Shown: one piece after another, positions 49,058-60,424 of the stretch
How positions within the stretch are numbered: position 1 is the first letter of the stretch
Layout of the letters: every line of letters starts with the position of its first letter
DNA from: Hormiphora californensis
Lineage: Eukaryota; Animalia; Ctenophora
Assembly (NCBI GenBank): GCA_020137815.1
Contig: CM035354.1
Span: 992,001 to 1,056,000, forward strand
Length of the DNA: 64,000 nucleotides
Reading direction: 5' to 3'
Program-made: the position numbers and the translations under genes
Notes under the pieces: generated by a model
Told to the model about the DNA's origin: nothing
Seen by the model: the letters and a program-made list of their open reading frames with translations, nothing else
The model's database searches: none

Positions 49058-52000
49058 ATGTGTAGTGTGGTTGACGCATATAGTGAGAAATATGAGGAGG
49101 GCTTTGAAGGTGACGGAGACTCGTGGTCCATTGTTTTTGTGAAGAGACAACACTACAAACTGTCAAACCTGATCCTTGATAACTGTGGGATCGAGACACT
49201 GGGAACCGGAGATAAGGTATTGCGAGAACTGTTTAACAATTCGTTTCACCTTGTTATGTTCTAACCCTCCCGAAACACAGTGTAGCCAGGCAAGTTTCAC
49301 CATACATTATATTCAGTAGAATCTGTTTTGCGTGCCCCACAAATGTAAAGGAGGGTTAGAACATAACAAATATTCTTGAATCAGTTCTTGATTTCAGTTG
49401 ATGAGTATCTGTGAGGCAGTAACTGAATGTGATCTTTCGAAGAACAAAATATCAAGCTGGCAAGAGGTAAGGGAACTTAGTCGAGTGTCAATCTTGTGCA
49501 GTAGTTCACACTGCATTTTGCTTCTACGAGGGTTCGACAGAACCCCTATCTATATTGGGTAGCACTCTCCAAAACCTTTCTTTTCACGGTACAAACGCAG
49601 CAGGAACCGACCGAACCATGAAATATTGGTCGCTGATTGGCTGATAACACCAGTCACGTGACCTAAATAACGAGTTCTGATTGGTTGTTTACTTGTGTCG
49701 GTCGGTTCCTGAAACGCAGGTCTACATTTTAGGTGATCAAGTTGTTAGATATAGCACCAAAATTGGAGGTCCTATGCCTCAGCAAGAATTCTCTGCACGA
49801 CTGTGGAAGTATCTCTCCCTCCTCCACCTACCCCAGACTGACATCCCTTGTGCTGCCAAGCACCGGTATATCTTGGAATAGCCTACTTACTTCAATCCTA
49901 CCTTCCCTTCCCGGGTAAGAAGTTCCTTAATTTGGCCAACATTGTTGTGTATGAAAGGGTTGTTTTGCTTTCGGGAGAGAGAGGGCCTAGCAAGGAAAGA
50001 GTAGTTACTACCAACCATCTGCTCCATGCCGGTCACTAAGACCCACAATATCATGGTATGCAGTTGGGACAAGGAGAAGTGGGAGGCGGGGAAGAAGGAG
50101 GTCCAACCAACAATGGGATCGTGGGGTAACGATGTTAATCCAACTGCTCTTAACGGTTAGTTCTTTAGTTTATAGTTATTTCTGTAAACTCCAAACTAAA
50201 AAGACCCTCACTTGGGTTTTGGGAAATTTCCCACGGTCATCCATTCCCTGATGAGATAGAGACTTGAAAACTGTTTTTAGCTAGAACTCGACATGATCTT
50301 CCTACTAAGTAGTTTGGGTTTTACTCCAATTTCTTCCACTCAACCCATCCTCCCTAAAAACTAAAACAATCCATCTACAAACTAAAACAACCTTTCTAAT
50401 TTGAGTGTGACCAAGTTGTAATGTGAGACAGCAAGTGTTTAGAAATAACGTGAGATTTATACTTCGATTGCTAAACTTTGGCAAAGGACAAACATTTTCA
50501 GCTATAAATGAAATGAAATGTTTCAAAAACAGTTTTTGCTAATCATGACAGAGCATTAAAACAGCATTCAGACAATGTCTATCTCAAAAGTTGTCTATGC
50601 AAATAAAATAACGACTGTCCCTCGCAGCATACTTCATACTTCAGGAGCGGCTTCAGCAGCGGCTTTAGGAGCCGCTTCAGGAGCGGCTTCAGGAGCGGCT
50701 TCAGGAGCGGCTTCAGGAGCGGCTTCAGGAGTGACTTCAGCAGCGGTTTTAGGAACGACTTTAGGAACGACTTCAGGAGCGGCTTTAGGAGCAATTTTAG
50801 GAGCGGCTTCAGCAGCGGCTTTAGGAGTGGCTTCAGCAGCGGTTTTAGGAACGACTTTAGGAACGACTTCAAGAGCGACTTCAGTAGCGTCTTTAGGAGC
50901 GGCTTCAAGAGCGACTTCAGGAGCGACTTCAGCAGCGGCTTTAGGAACGGCTTCAGGAGCGACTTCAAGAGCGACTTCAGTAGCGTCTTTAGGAGCGGCT
51001 TCAAGAGCGACTTCAGTAGCGTCTTTAGGAGCGGCTTCAAGAGCGACTTCAGGAGCGGCTTTAGGAGCGGCTTCAAGAGCGACTTCAGGAGCGGCTTCAG
51101 CAGCGACTTCAGGAGCGACTTCAGTAGCGTCTTTAGGAGCGACTTCAGGAGCGACTTCAGGAATGACAAGTTCAGAAGCAAAACCGGCAATCTGGAACTT
51201 TTTAAGAAAATTCCAAATGGTAGTAAATATATCACTGTACAAAACGGGATTCAGTACTGAGTTGAGGGGGAGAATGTTAAGGGAGAAGATCTGGTACCAC
51301 GGTGACATATCCGTAACCTCAGCTGTGTGGAGGACGCAGCAGATCAGGAAGGGCATCCAGCAGCAGAAATCAGTTAGACAGATCAAAGAGACCTTGCGAC
51401 TGAGCGAGTTGGATCTCTTGTTATTTTGGACTAGTGACCTTTTGGCGAGAACTGCAATCATCCCATGGCATATCGCTACACATACAAAGCAGAGAAAATA
51501 TATGCCAAGGGTAAACCAAACGTAAACCACTTGGGGGTCATCCGGAAGGACAAATGCCTTAAACATGCACACTGGGTCGTTGCCGTAAAATGACAGCTTT
51601 TTGCCCCTTACTGGAGCATAATCCCGGGAAAACATCTCAGAGATCATTTCTTGGAATGTGTTCCAAGAAACAGTATTGCCAGACTGTGTGATTTTATTAC
51701 TTCCATGGTAACCCCGAACAATCTTCAGTAGTTGACTTTTTTCCATCACACCAACAAATAGCTTGATATCCTTATCAAATACAAGTCCATTGACAAACCA
51801 ATTATCGAAAGTATCTAACAGTGGGAGTGTAGACATTGTTAGTGATAATAATGCGACTCCTCCGAGTAGTACGCCTAATTGTATCTTCAGCTTCATAGTA
51901 ACCTCACTTGAACGGCGGTATCGAAGGGCCATAACTGTACCACGGAGTCGGGAGCAGCTGACTAAGGCCATCACAAGTGAAGAAATGGATGATCCAACGC

Positions 52001-55000
52001 TATTCAAAACCCCAATCACGGTACAAGGGACTCCACTTATCCATTCAATTTGATGTTCACAGAAGCCAGAACCTTGGATCCAGTGGATTGTAGTGAGGTT
52101 GAGAAGATAAACAGAAGTCAGTAGATCTCCGAATGAAATCATCAAGACCATGGATTGATTGATTAACTCGCCACTCTTTTCTGCTTTTTGTATGTTCCCA
52201 AAGCCCTTGATTAAGCCCCCAATTGCAAAGACTACACCTGCAACTCCCATGACAAATGCGATTCCTAAAATATAATTGCTTTTTACGACTTTTCTTTTAC
52301 AACTCTCATTGCATTCATCAGATATGTCCTTGCAATCGAACTTCCCGTCGCATTTTTGGCTCAAAGCTAGGAAACCAGATTCATCAGTGCATTGAAAATG
52401 GTTCATACATTCCTCTTCATCAGACCTATCCAAACAGTCATCAACAAGATCACAAACTTTCTCAAACGGGATGCATTTTGTGTTTTTACAAACGAAAAAG
52501 TTATTGTGGAACCGTTCACGAGACTTTTGTGCAACAGTAATTGAGCCAAGATGTAAGTTGAGAGAATAAAAGGTGTTTCTGAGGTTGCTACAAGTGTTAT
52601 GAAGAACCGGTCTTTTCAAGGGACACGGTGTGTTGTAACAAAGTCCTGAACAGCTGTAAAACACATATGCTTCACCGTACAAGTACCCACAATCGTACTT
52701 CATATTTGGAAGAACTAGGTCTGTTGTAAAATTTTTCCCAAAGAACCGATGAAATGGGTGGTTGAAAGTGTTGGATTGACAACTTTGGTCGGTTAGCAGA
52801 CGAAAAGTTGCAAAGCCTTTTAAGCAAATTGCACTTCTGAGTGTTTTTCCTATTGCCGTTCTTGTGCCTAACAATTTCTTTGTTACTTGCGGTCTACTTT
52901 TAGCCATGAGACAGACTCCTTCATCACATTTTGAGGCAAAGGAGCATAAAAAAGCGGCCTCTACAAAGTTTGACTTATTACTTTTGCAAAGGAAGACATT
53001 GCTACATTTCTTAGTTGAATATTTTATTGTCCTCCTGATGCCTTCGCCGCACGTTTTCCAGTTAGTCTTTTCATCTTCCCCGTCAAGACAATCTTCTACT
53101 CCATCCTGGACCCAGTCAACTGGAATCTTAAGTAGCCCCTGATTTTGGCTAAAACTGCGAACACACGATCGTTGTGTGAGTTTTAAACAAGTCTCCTTCC
53201 GTTCATCCGCCCCCATAGCGCAGTCATTGTGTCCATTGCATAACTGATGCTTATGAATGGTGCAGTGCCGGTTTATGGTAGGGCACCTTTTGTGCATGTC
53301 GTCATCACACAATGTTCCCGTCTCCTGACAGAGAATGTATATGGAAACTGTAGAGAGATATCCGTGGATAAAGCACGAACCGGCCACCTTATCTGGATCC
53401 GAACAGTTTGTCTGGTCCATCCCGTTATCGCAGTAAGATCCGTACAAATTCCGGAAGATTGCGTTAATTTGACCCGGGGGTATTGATAGAGGGATGAAGC
53501 AACGCGATGCGTTATAAATTGGAAACTTGTACTCGTGTGTATGGCTAACGCATGAGTTGTTTGCAGAGTTTGAAGGGCTATCTGTATTAATATTTTGTAA
53601 CAAGGGGGACGTTGGCAAAATCATTGTTAAATGGCATAAACCTATATTCAGCGTCTTTCTTATCCACGACACCATACTTATATCCGTTACAAAAACTCTC
53701 ATCTACACATATTAATAACATTGTCGCCCTGCCCCCACTCAGCTCTACGTCATCGCAAACACCGTCACATAATCCGCCCTCCTTTATCCGTATCTCTAAG
53801 CTCTCACCCTCACTAGTACGAATATTGTACCCTACACTGGTTTGAGAACTTCGGCAGGTCTGTGATGTCGTGTGAATCCTGTACATGTCCATATCATGCT
53901 CATAACACAACTTTCCACAAACCGGGGGCGTTTGGAAGAGCTCAGAAACAGATGAGATACGACAGTGATTTCCACACGCCTGATACTCGATAGAATCGTT
54001 AGGACACAAGGATGTTACGTATGCTTTTGTGGATCTTGCAAACATATCAAATTTAAAAACCTTGTAATACGTAGCGGTAGAGTTTAGACAGGTCATTAGG
54101 ATGTCTGCTCCTCCAGCTCCTGTTGTCCCTTGGTATCCGCAAGATCCTACCAGAAATCCACCATCGACCACTATCGGACACTGATCACCAGAAAACACGC
54201 CAGTGATTGAAATAAGCAGCACGTGGTAGAATAGGTCCGTCATTAATGCAAAGGCACCAAGTAGAAAAAGAACCAACAAAAAAATAACTTCAAAGACAGA
54301 TATGGCCGAAGATGTACCGCATAATAGTATATATTTTGTGTCACAATACCGTAGGGTATTGTGGCTCCATATTTCTAAATCTCCCCGCACTTTTAGAGCT
54401 TCTCGGATAGGGGTGCGAAATTAAACCGTTGAGATTTTAAATGCATATCATGGTCCGGGGGGGGGGGGGGGGGGGGGTCCGGGGTGATGACCTATAGTGG
54501 TTCGACGCCATGCCAGTTAGGGGTGGGTAGTGGGTACCCAGATGGTGGTAATTAATTGACCAATTAGGGCCCAATTAAGGCCTAAATTGGGTCAAATTCG
54601 ACTTTCAACGCCCTCGATTTCAAAATTTTTGATAATTTTTGCAATTTTTATCGAAATTTAGTCGATTTAGGGCAAGAACGCAACCAGTTAGGGTGGACCC
54701 CTAAATGTGGGTACATAGTGGGTCACTGACCAGTTACCAAGCATTTTAGCGTCCAACTAGTTATGTCATGACCCCCCCCTCTCTCGCATTGACCTGATTT
54801 CGAGCTTTTACTTTTTGTACGGAGTGATTTTTTAACAGTCAAACCTCGCTTTACCCGGGGGTTTTTGTTGGTGAGGATCAGATATATTTGATATTATATG
54901 TATGTGATATTATATACGTTTGACATATGTGTGAGCAGCTATGCGTGAGCGAAATCTCAATCATATGCGACCGAGATTATAAAAATAATCTCTCTCGGTT

Positions 55001-58000
55001 GCACAGTACACATACGCGGTTCTAAAACTAGTGTGTGTAATTGGATGTAATGAAAATTGATCTAAAACCAAACAAGTTTGGTGGATTTCCCGGGTCAATA
55101 GAACGTGAAACGATTTTTTATCGAATATAATTAAGAAACGATATGGAGTTCGCCGGGCCGCTGTCAAGTTCATAGACCATCCCCAACTATTATAACACCC
55201 TATCTCTCTAGACACCCCCACATTAAGTAATATATAGCAGGGACGAATCTTAATATTTTGACTCACTATCCCCACAACACCCTTCCCTTTAGCTGAACCT
55301 CAATCCCCACAACTATAACACCCATATTCCCACACCCACGCCCACAACACCCCTTCCCCTTTAGCTGAACCTCAACCCCCGCAACTATAACACCCATATT
55401 CCCACACCCACACCCACAACACCCCTCCCTCGTTCGTTACGTTGCAGTTCGTTTCACTTTTGCTCGTCTCAGACACCAATAAGGGCTCTTCCCCTCACTA
55501 AAATGCAACTTAAATCCGTCTCAAATACCCATTTCCAGCACACATGACCTCCCAGTTACCACTGGGAAAAACGTTACCTTGTTCCAGACTCAGAAGCTGA
55601 CAGGACAAAAAGCTTGCGTGAGAGTGCCCTAATACAGACCACAAACAGTTATAATATCAGAGAAATTTATTTGATTGGTGTAATTTTGAGCGTGATATTT
55701 TAGCTATTATCTTTCATACAGACCACAGACTTTATGACAGGTTGCAACACCGTTCTGTCGTGCAGCAGAGTTTGGTACGCTATAAGGGGAAACTCTAACT
55801 GAATGCCCGCGCAGTAATGGCGTCCCATCACTGGTAAAAATCTAACTGATAATGGGAGTCATCACTCTGGGCGCGCCAGGATTTGCCACAAATTTTGCCA
55901 AAAAAAGGCTTTTACGTAACACGCGATGACAAACACACTAACATGATCGCGCGTTCTTCCATCATTCCTTCCATTCAATTAGAGTTTTACCAGTGATGGG
56001 ACGCCATTACTGCGCGGGCATTCAGTTAGAGTTTCCCCTCACCTAGAGCCACACACACACACTCACACACACCAACCTAGGGAATAAAATACATTCAAAA
56101 CTCTAACAAGTTTCTTTCTCAACAGGTTGAAGATGTTGAATATTGGACACAATAATATATCTTCCCTTGGCAAGGATTCAAACCCTTCCTTCTCCAATCC
56201 TAACCTGACATCCCTCAACCTGATCCAGAACGATGTTTCCTGTTTCACCGATGTGTCAGCCCTGGCTGAAATGTTCCCAAACTTGAACACTCTAATTCTC
56301 TCTGATAATCCTCTCCTTTCGTTTGGGGATGATAAAGAGGTAGGGGCTATAAAAATTAATTAAAATTGATTGTGTTTGGCTGCGGAGTGGACGGAAAGAG
56401 GGTCGAGCAAGGTTTGGCCAAACGGGTTTATCTTTCTAGATCTTGTGTACTTGTACCTGTTTGTCTGTGCTATTCTGGGCTGCTGGGGTTACCTGGAACA
56501 TCAGTATGAACAGACAAAGGCCTCCCGGTGATTTTAAAACCTGCAAGAGCAACAACATTAGATCACCGTCCATCCCGCATGGGTTGTCATGTCTGTGGGC
56601 CGCGGTGACATTCATTGTGTTGTTTCAGCGCACACTCTTCACGCGCGCAGTGCCCCCAAACAAGCGGCCTTTCAATTCAAAATCAATGTAGCCAGCGAAA
56701 CTCGTGCATGGTCTGCCGTCTGGTGACTGGTGTGTCTCGAGGTACCACTGGTAGACCGATGTGTCACAACCCAATATATTAACACGTAGCGGGAGGGGTT
56801 GTCGAATATAAACATCTCTAACCAACATGACATCACAGGTGATTGCTCGGTTTGGAAAACTTTCTAAACTTCATGTCAACAATATTTCTATAAAGACCTG
56901 GTCTGAAGTGTCTAAACTACGATGGTTCCCTGTTCTAAATGATGTGAGGATGATCCATTGGGATATCTTTGGGGTAGGTCTACAATCATGGCTTTATGTT
57001 TTAGTAAAACAGCACCAGTTTGTGTCACAAATTGTGACTCACAATGTTATCATGTTTATGTTTTAGTAAAACCAGTTTGTGTCACCATGTTATCATCAGT
57101 AGGGGGGTAGGTCTATAATAATAATCTTTTTCATTTTTATTTTCAGTTTATGGGATTTGTAACCCATCTTTACCATCTCTCCATATGTCCATATCGCTCC
57201 AGTTACAAAATTTGAAACTGACATCAGTTTCAAATTTTGTAACTGGTCCAGTTGCAGAATTGAAACTGACATCAGTTTCAAATTGTGTAGCTGGTCCAGT
57301 TGCGGAGTTGAAACTGATATCTCTACTACATAAACGGTTCAGAATTTGCCTAGCTAGACTGTGTTTCGTGCGCCCCGTTAGAACATAACAATTCAGGATA
57401 TGAACGAGGAAGAAAGGAGAATGATACTAGGAGCTCTTTTACCCACAATACCCCTCATCAACGGTGCCGAGATATCAGACCGACCTACTGCGGAGAGATG
57501 GTATATGAGACGATGTGCAAACAACCCCTCAATTAGAGAAGATCAGAGGTAATTAATTGGTAATTAGTAATTAATGATAATTCACTAGTTACTAGCTGGT
57601 AAAATTTTGATATGTGTTTTTAGGCTGCTGATTAAGTGCTAACTCCATTTTCATGTTGCATGATATGCTAATATGATTTCATGCATGTAGAGTGTACGAG
57701 GACACAGAGAGGTGAGATATTGAGTGCCGAATATAATTCCATCCCGACCCACATTGGGGTAGTGTAGTGTGTGTGTTGGTGTGTGTGTGTGAGAGAGGAA
57801 GTCCAGCGCTCCAATTAGCGTGTCTATTTATTATTTGATAGCTACTTGTAATTATTCAGTAGCGGGTGATTGGGAGTGAGGGTTTTTTAGCACACATGTT
57901 GATTTGCTTTATCCTCGTTGAGTAAGGGATGGAGAACTCAACAATTTTATCCATCCAGAAGACCCATTTTCATCTTGTGTCAGGTTAGCTGAGCTGGAGG

Positions 58001-58559
58001 AGAAGCATGGTATCCTGCCCGAGTTGAGAGATATCTCGCTGAGAGACTTCACGGAAGAAACTATAAAACTGACAATCGCAATCCCTGACAAGGCTATCCT
58101 AATGGAGAAATCATTCAGTGTTTATGACACGGTAAGCACTGCTATAATTCCTCTAGTTATGTCGTTAACTATTTCAATTTTGTTTATTTGCTAATAAATT
58201 TCATTTTGTTTTATTTCACGGCTTATAGTTATATTTCCCTTCCTTAGTTTGGTGCTATGATACAGTCACTGGAGGAAGAAGTCAAATTATCCCTCTCCAT
58301 AAACCGAGTCCGACTCCGCAAGCAATTGGATACCACCATCTACAGTGTCCAAGTTGGCCCAGATATGATTCCAGAGAAGGATCCTGGGACTGTAACCATA
58401 GTTTCAATGGCCCAGATGTTGTATCAGGTGTGTACGGGGGTGCGGCCCCTTGTCAAGGCCGAGGAAGGGGATTGTATTGAACTTCAGAGAGCAACTAAGG
58501 CAGAGGTTAAGTTTGATGCTGCTCACGGCTTTGTCCGGTCGAGACTAACTAGCCTGTGA
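49058..58559 (+). CDS. TBCEL: Tubulin-specific chaperone E-like protein (LRR plus C-terminal UBL-like region, no CAP-Gly)
   Basis: Eight phase-compatible exons: 49058-49216, 49398-49466, 49733-49914, 56126-56339, 56839-56973, 57397-57548, 57984-58131, 58248-58559; motifs LILDNCGI, CDLSKNKISSWQEV, ERRMILGALLP...LINGAEI...AERWY, LEEKHG. Confidence 0.88.
49601..49711. mobile_element. 111-bp hAT-type MITE
   Basis: TIRs CAGGAACCGACCGA; perfect 8-bp TSD AAACGCAG (49593-49600 and 49712-49719). Confidence 0.92.
50634..54243 (-). CDS. LDLa-repeat rhodopsin-like GPCR nested antisense in TBCEL intron 3; one frameshift near 53600-53700
   Basis: Signal peptide MTDLFYHVLLISITGVFSG; Cys-rich region; LDLa repeats (CIPFEKVCDLVDDCLDRSDEEEC, CDGKFDCKDISDEC); 7TM with ISFGDLL, FYGNDPVC, TDFCCWMPF, LPLNSVLNPVLYS; split over ORFs 54243-53587 and 53702-50634. 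Confidence 0.85.
50637..51162 (-). repeat. Coding 12-bp minisatellite (AAPE/VAPK/VALE repeats) forming the GPCR C-terminal tail
   Basis: About 44 degenerate TCAGGAGCGGCT units; open in several frames. Confidence 0.9.
55786..56038. mobile_element. PIF/Harbinger (Tourist-like) MITE
   Basis: TIRs GGGGAAACTCTAACTGAATG; flanks TAA and TCA; same termini as 61876-62165. Confidence 0.85.
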
Positions 58560-58720
58560 AACTGTGTGTTTTTATAAAGAGAGACAGATAGATCTTGAGT
58601 CAGTTTTGTAAGTACAAATGTAACATTGTATATAGCACTCCAGCTGCGTAGTACAAATACAATACTGTAGTCTAGTTGTATAAAAGGCCTCTAGCTCTAG
58701 ATTGATAGAAAGAACTCTGT

Positions 58721-58977
58721 ACTAGACCAAAAAACAAAGGAAATTTGTTTGGAACACCCGTGGCCTTTTTCGATACTTGACGCTGCGGGAAATGCACCCT
58801 TCGTCAGAGCAAGAGGCGAAGAAGAGTGAGAGAAAGTGTGCGTATGTTAGAACTTGGAGAGATGGCACAACGATACCTAGTAGTATAGCTCAGATTATGG
58901 GTGCATTTCCCGCAGCGTCAAGTATCGAAAAAGGCCACGGGTGTTCCAAACAAATTTCCTTTGTTTTTTGGTCTAGT
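58721..58977. mobile_element. MITE with TIRs of about 78 bp, directly downstream of TBCEL
   Basis: ACTAGACCAAAAAACAAAGG...GGAAATGCACCC is mirrored. Confidence 0.82.
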
Positions 58978-59003
58978 TTCTCAGGGTTTTTGTAAACAGG
59001 TAA

Positions 59004-59915
59004 CATAAATATGCAAATAACGGCTAAACGGTGCGAGATACGACTTTTTGTCCGGGGGACGACCCCCCATAAATCGACTATTCTACGTCGAAATATGTCC
59101 ATGAAAACATTCTAGGACCAGCTGAAGTGGAAATATTCAGAATATGCATTAAATCATGAATCAGTGCATAAATATGCAAATAACGGCTAAACGGTGCGAG
59201 ATACGACTTTTTGTCCGGGGGACGACCCCCCATAAATCGACTATTCTACGTCGAAATATGTCCATGAAAACATTCTAGGACCAGCTGAAGTGGAAATATT
59301 CAGAATATGCATTAAATCATGAATCAGTGCATAAATATGCATATAACGGCTAAACGGTGCGAGATACGACTTTTTGTCCCGGGGACGACCCCCCCATAAA
59401 TCGACTATTCTACGTCGAAATATGTCCATGAAAACGTTCTAGGACCATTTGAAGTGGAAATATTCAGAATATGCATTAAATCATGAATCTGCGCATAAAT
59501 ATGCAAATAACGGCTAAACGGTGCGAGATACGACTTTTTGTCCGGGGGACGACCCCCCATAAATCGACTATTCTACGTTGAAATATGTCCATGAAAACAT
59601 TCTAGGACCAGTTGAAGTGGAAATATTCAGAATATGCATTAAATCATGAATCAGTGCATAAATATGCATATAACGGCTAAACGGTGCGAGATACGACTTT
59701 TTGTCCGGGGGACGACCCCCCATAAATCGACTCTTCTGCGTCGAAATATGTCCATGAAAACGTTCTAGGACCATTTGAAGTGGAAATATTCAGAATATGC
59801 ATTAAATCATGAATCTGCGCATAAATATGCAAATAACGGCTAAACGGTGCGAGATACGACTTTTTGTCCGGGGGACGACCCCCCATAAATCGACTCTTCT
59901 GCGTCGAAATATGTC
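59004..59915. repeat. 163-bp tandem repeat, about 5.6 copies
   Basis: GGCTAAACGGTGCGAG at 59022, 59185, 59348, 59512, 59675 and 59838; an inverted partial unit lies at about 60030-60070. Confidence 0.93.
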
Positions 59916-60424
59916 CTTTGAAATGTCCTTACAACAACCAATACCGAGATAATCATAAAATTATACATAAATTATGCATAATTAATGACTTCCCATGCTC
60001 AAATCAAAATTTTACATAGCCTACGACATGTAGAATAGTCGATTTATGGGGGGTCTTCCCCGGGACAAAAAGCTCTAAATCCAGCCGTTTTTGCTCAGTT
60101 TGGTTTGTAAAAAGGTGGTGCGTATGTATGTATGTATGTATGTATACAGAGCAAGCGTTTGGGACCCCCCTCGTAACTTTTGAACGAAACCATTGATCCA
60201 CTTGAAATTTTAAACACTATTAGATATCATTGAGGTAGCTTTACATACAAAATTTCAGCGTGCTAGCTTGTCGGGAACATGGTTAAATAGACGCTCGAAA
60301 AGGGCGAAAGTCACATCCGTATGGTATACTGCACTGGCCCCGAATCGGGCGAAATTAAATTTTCCGCGCCTGAGTTTATCCTTTCAGATTTGATCTTATA
60401 ATGTTCTAGGATGACCTTAGAAGG

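Noticed and set aside
50245-50278. CTGATGA...GAAA hammerhead-like core
   Set aside because: No convincing stem II or flanking stems
50575-51525. Ala/Ser-rich and Leu/Lys-rich ORFs
   Set aside because: Antisense or alternative frames of the GPCR 12-bp repeat tail
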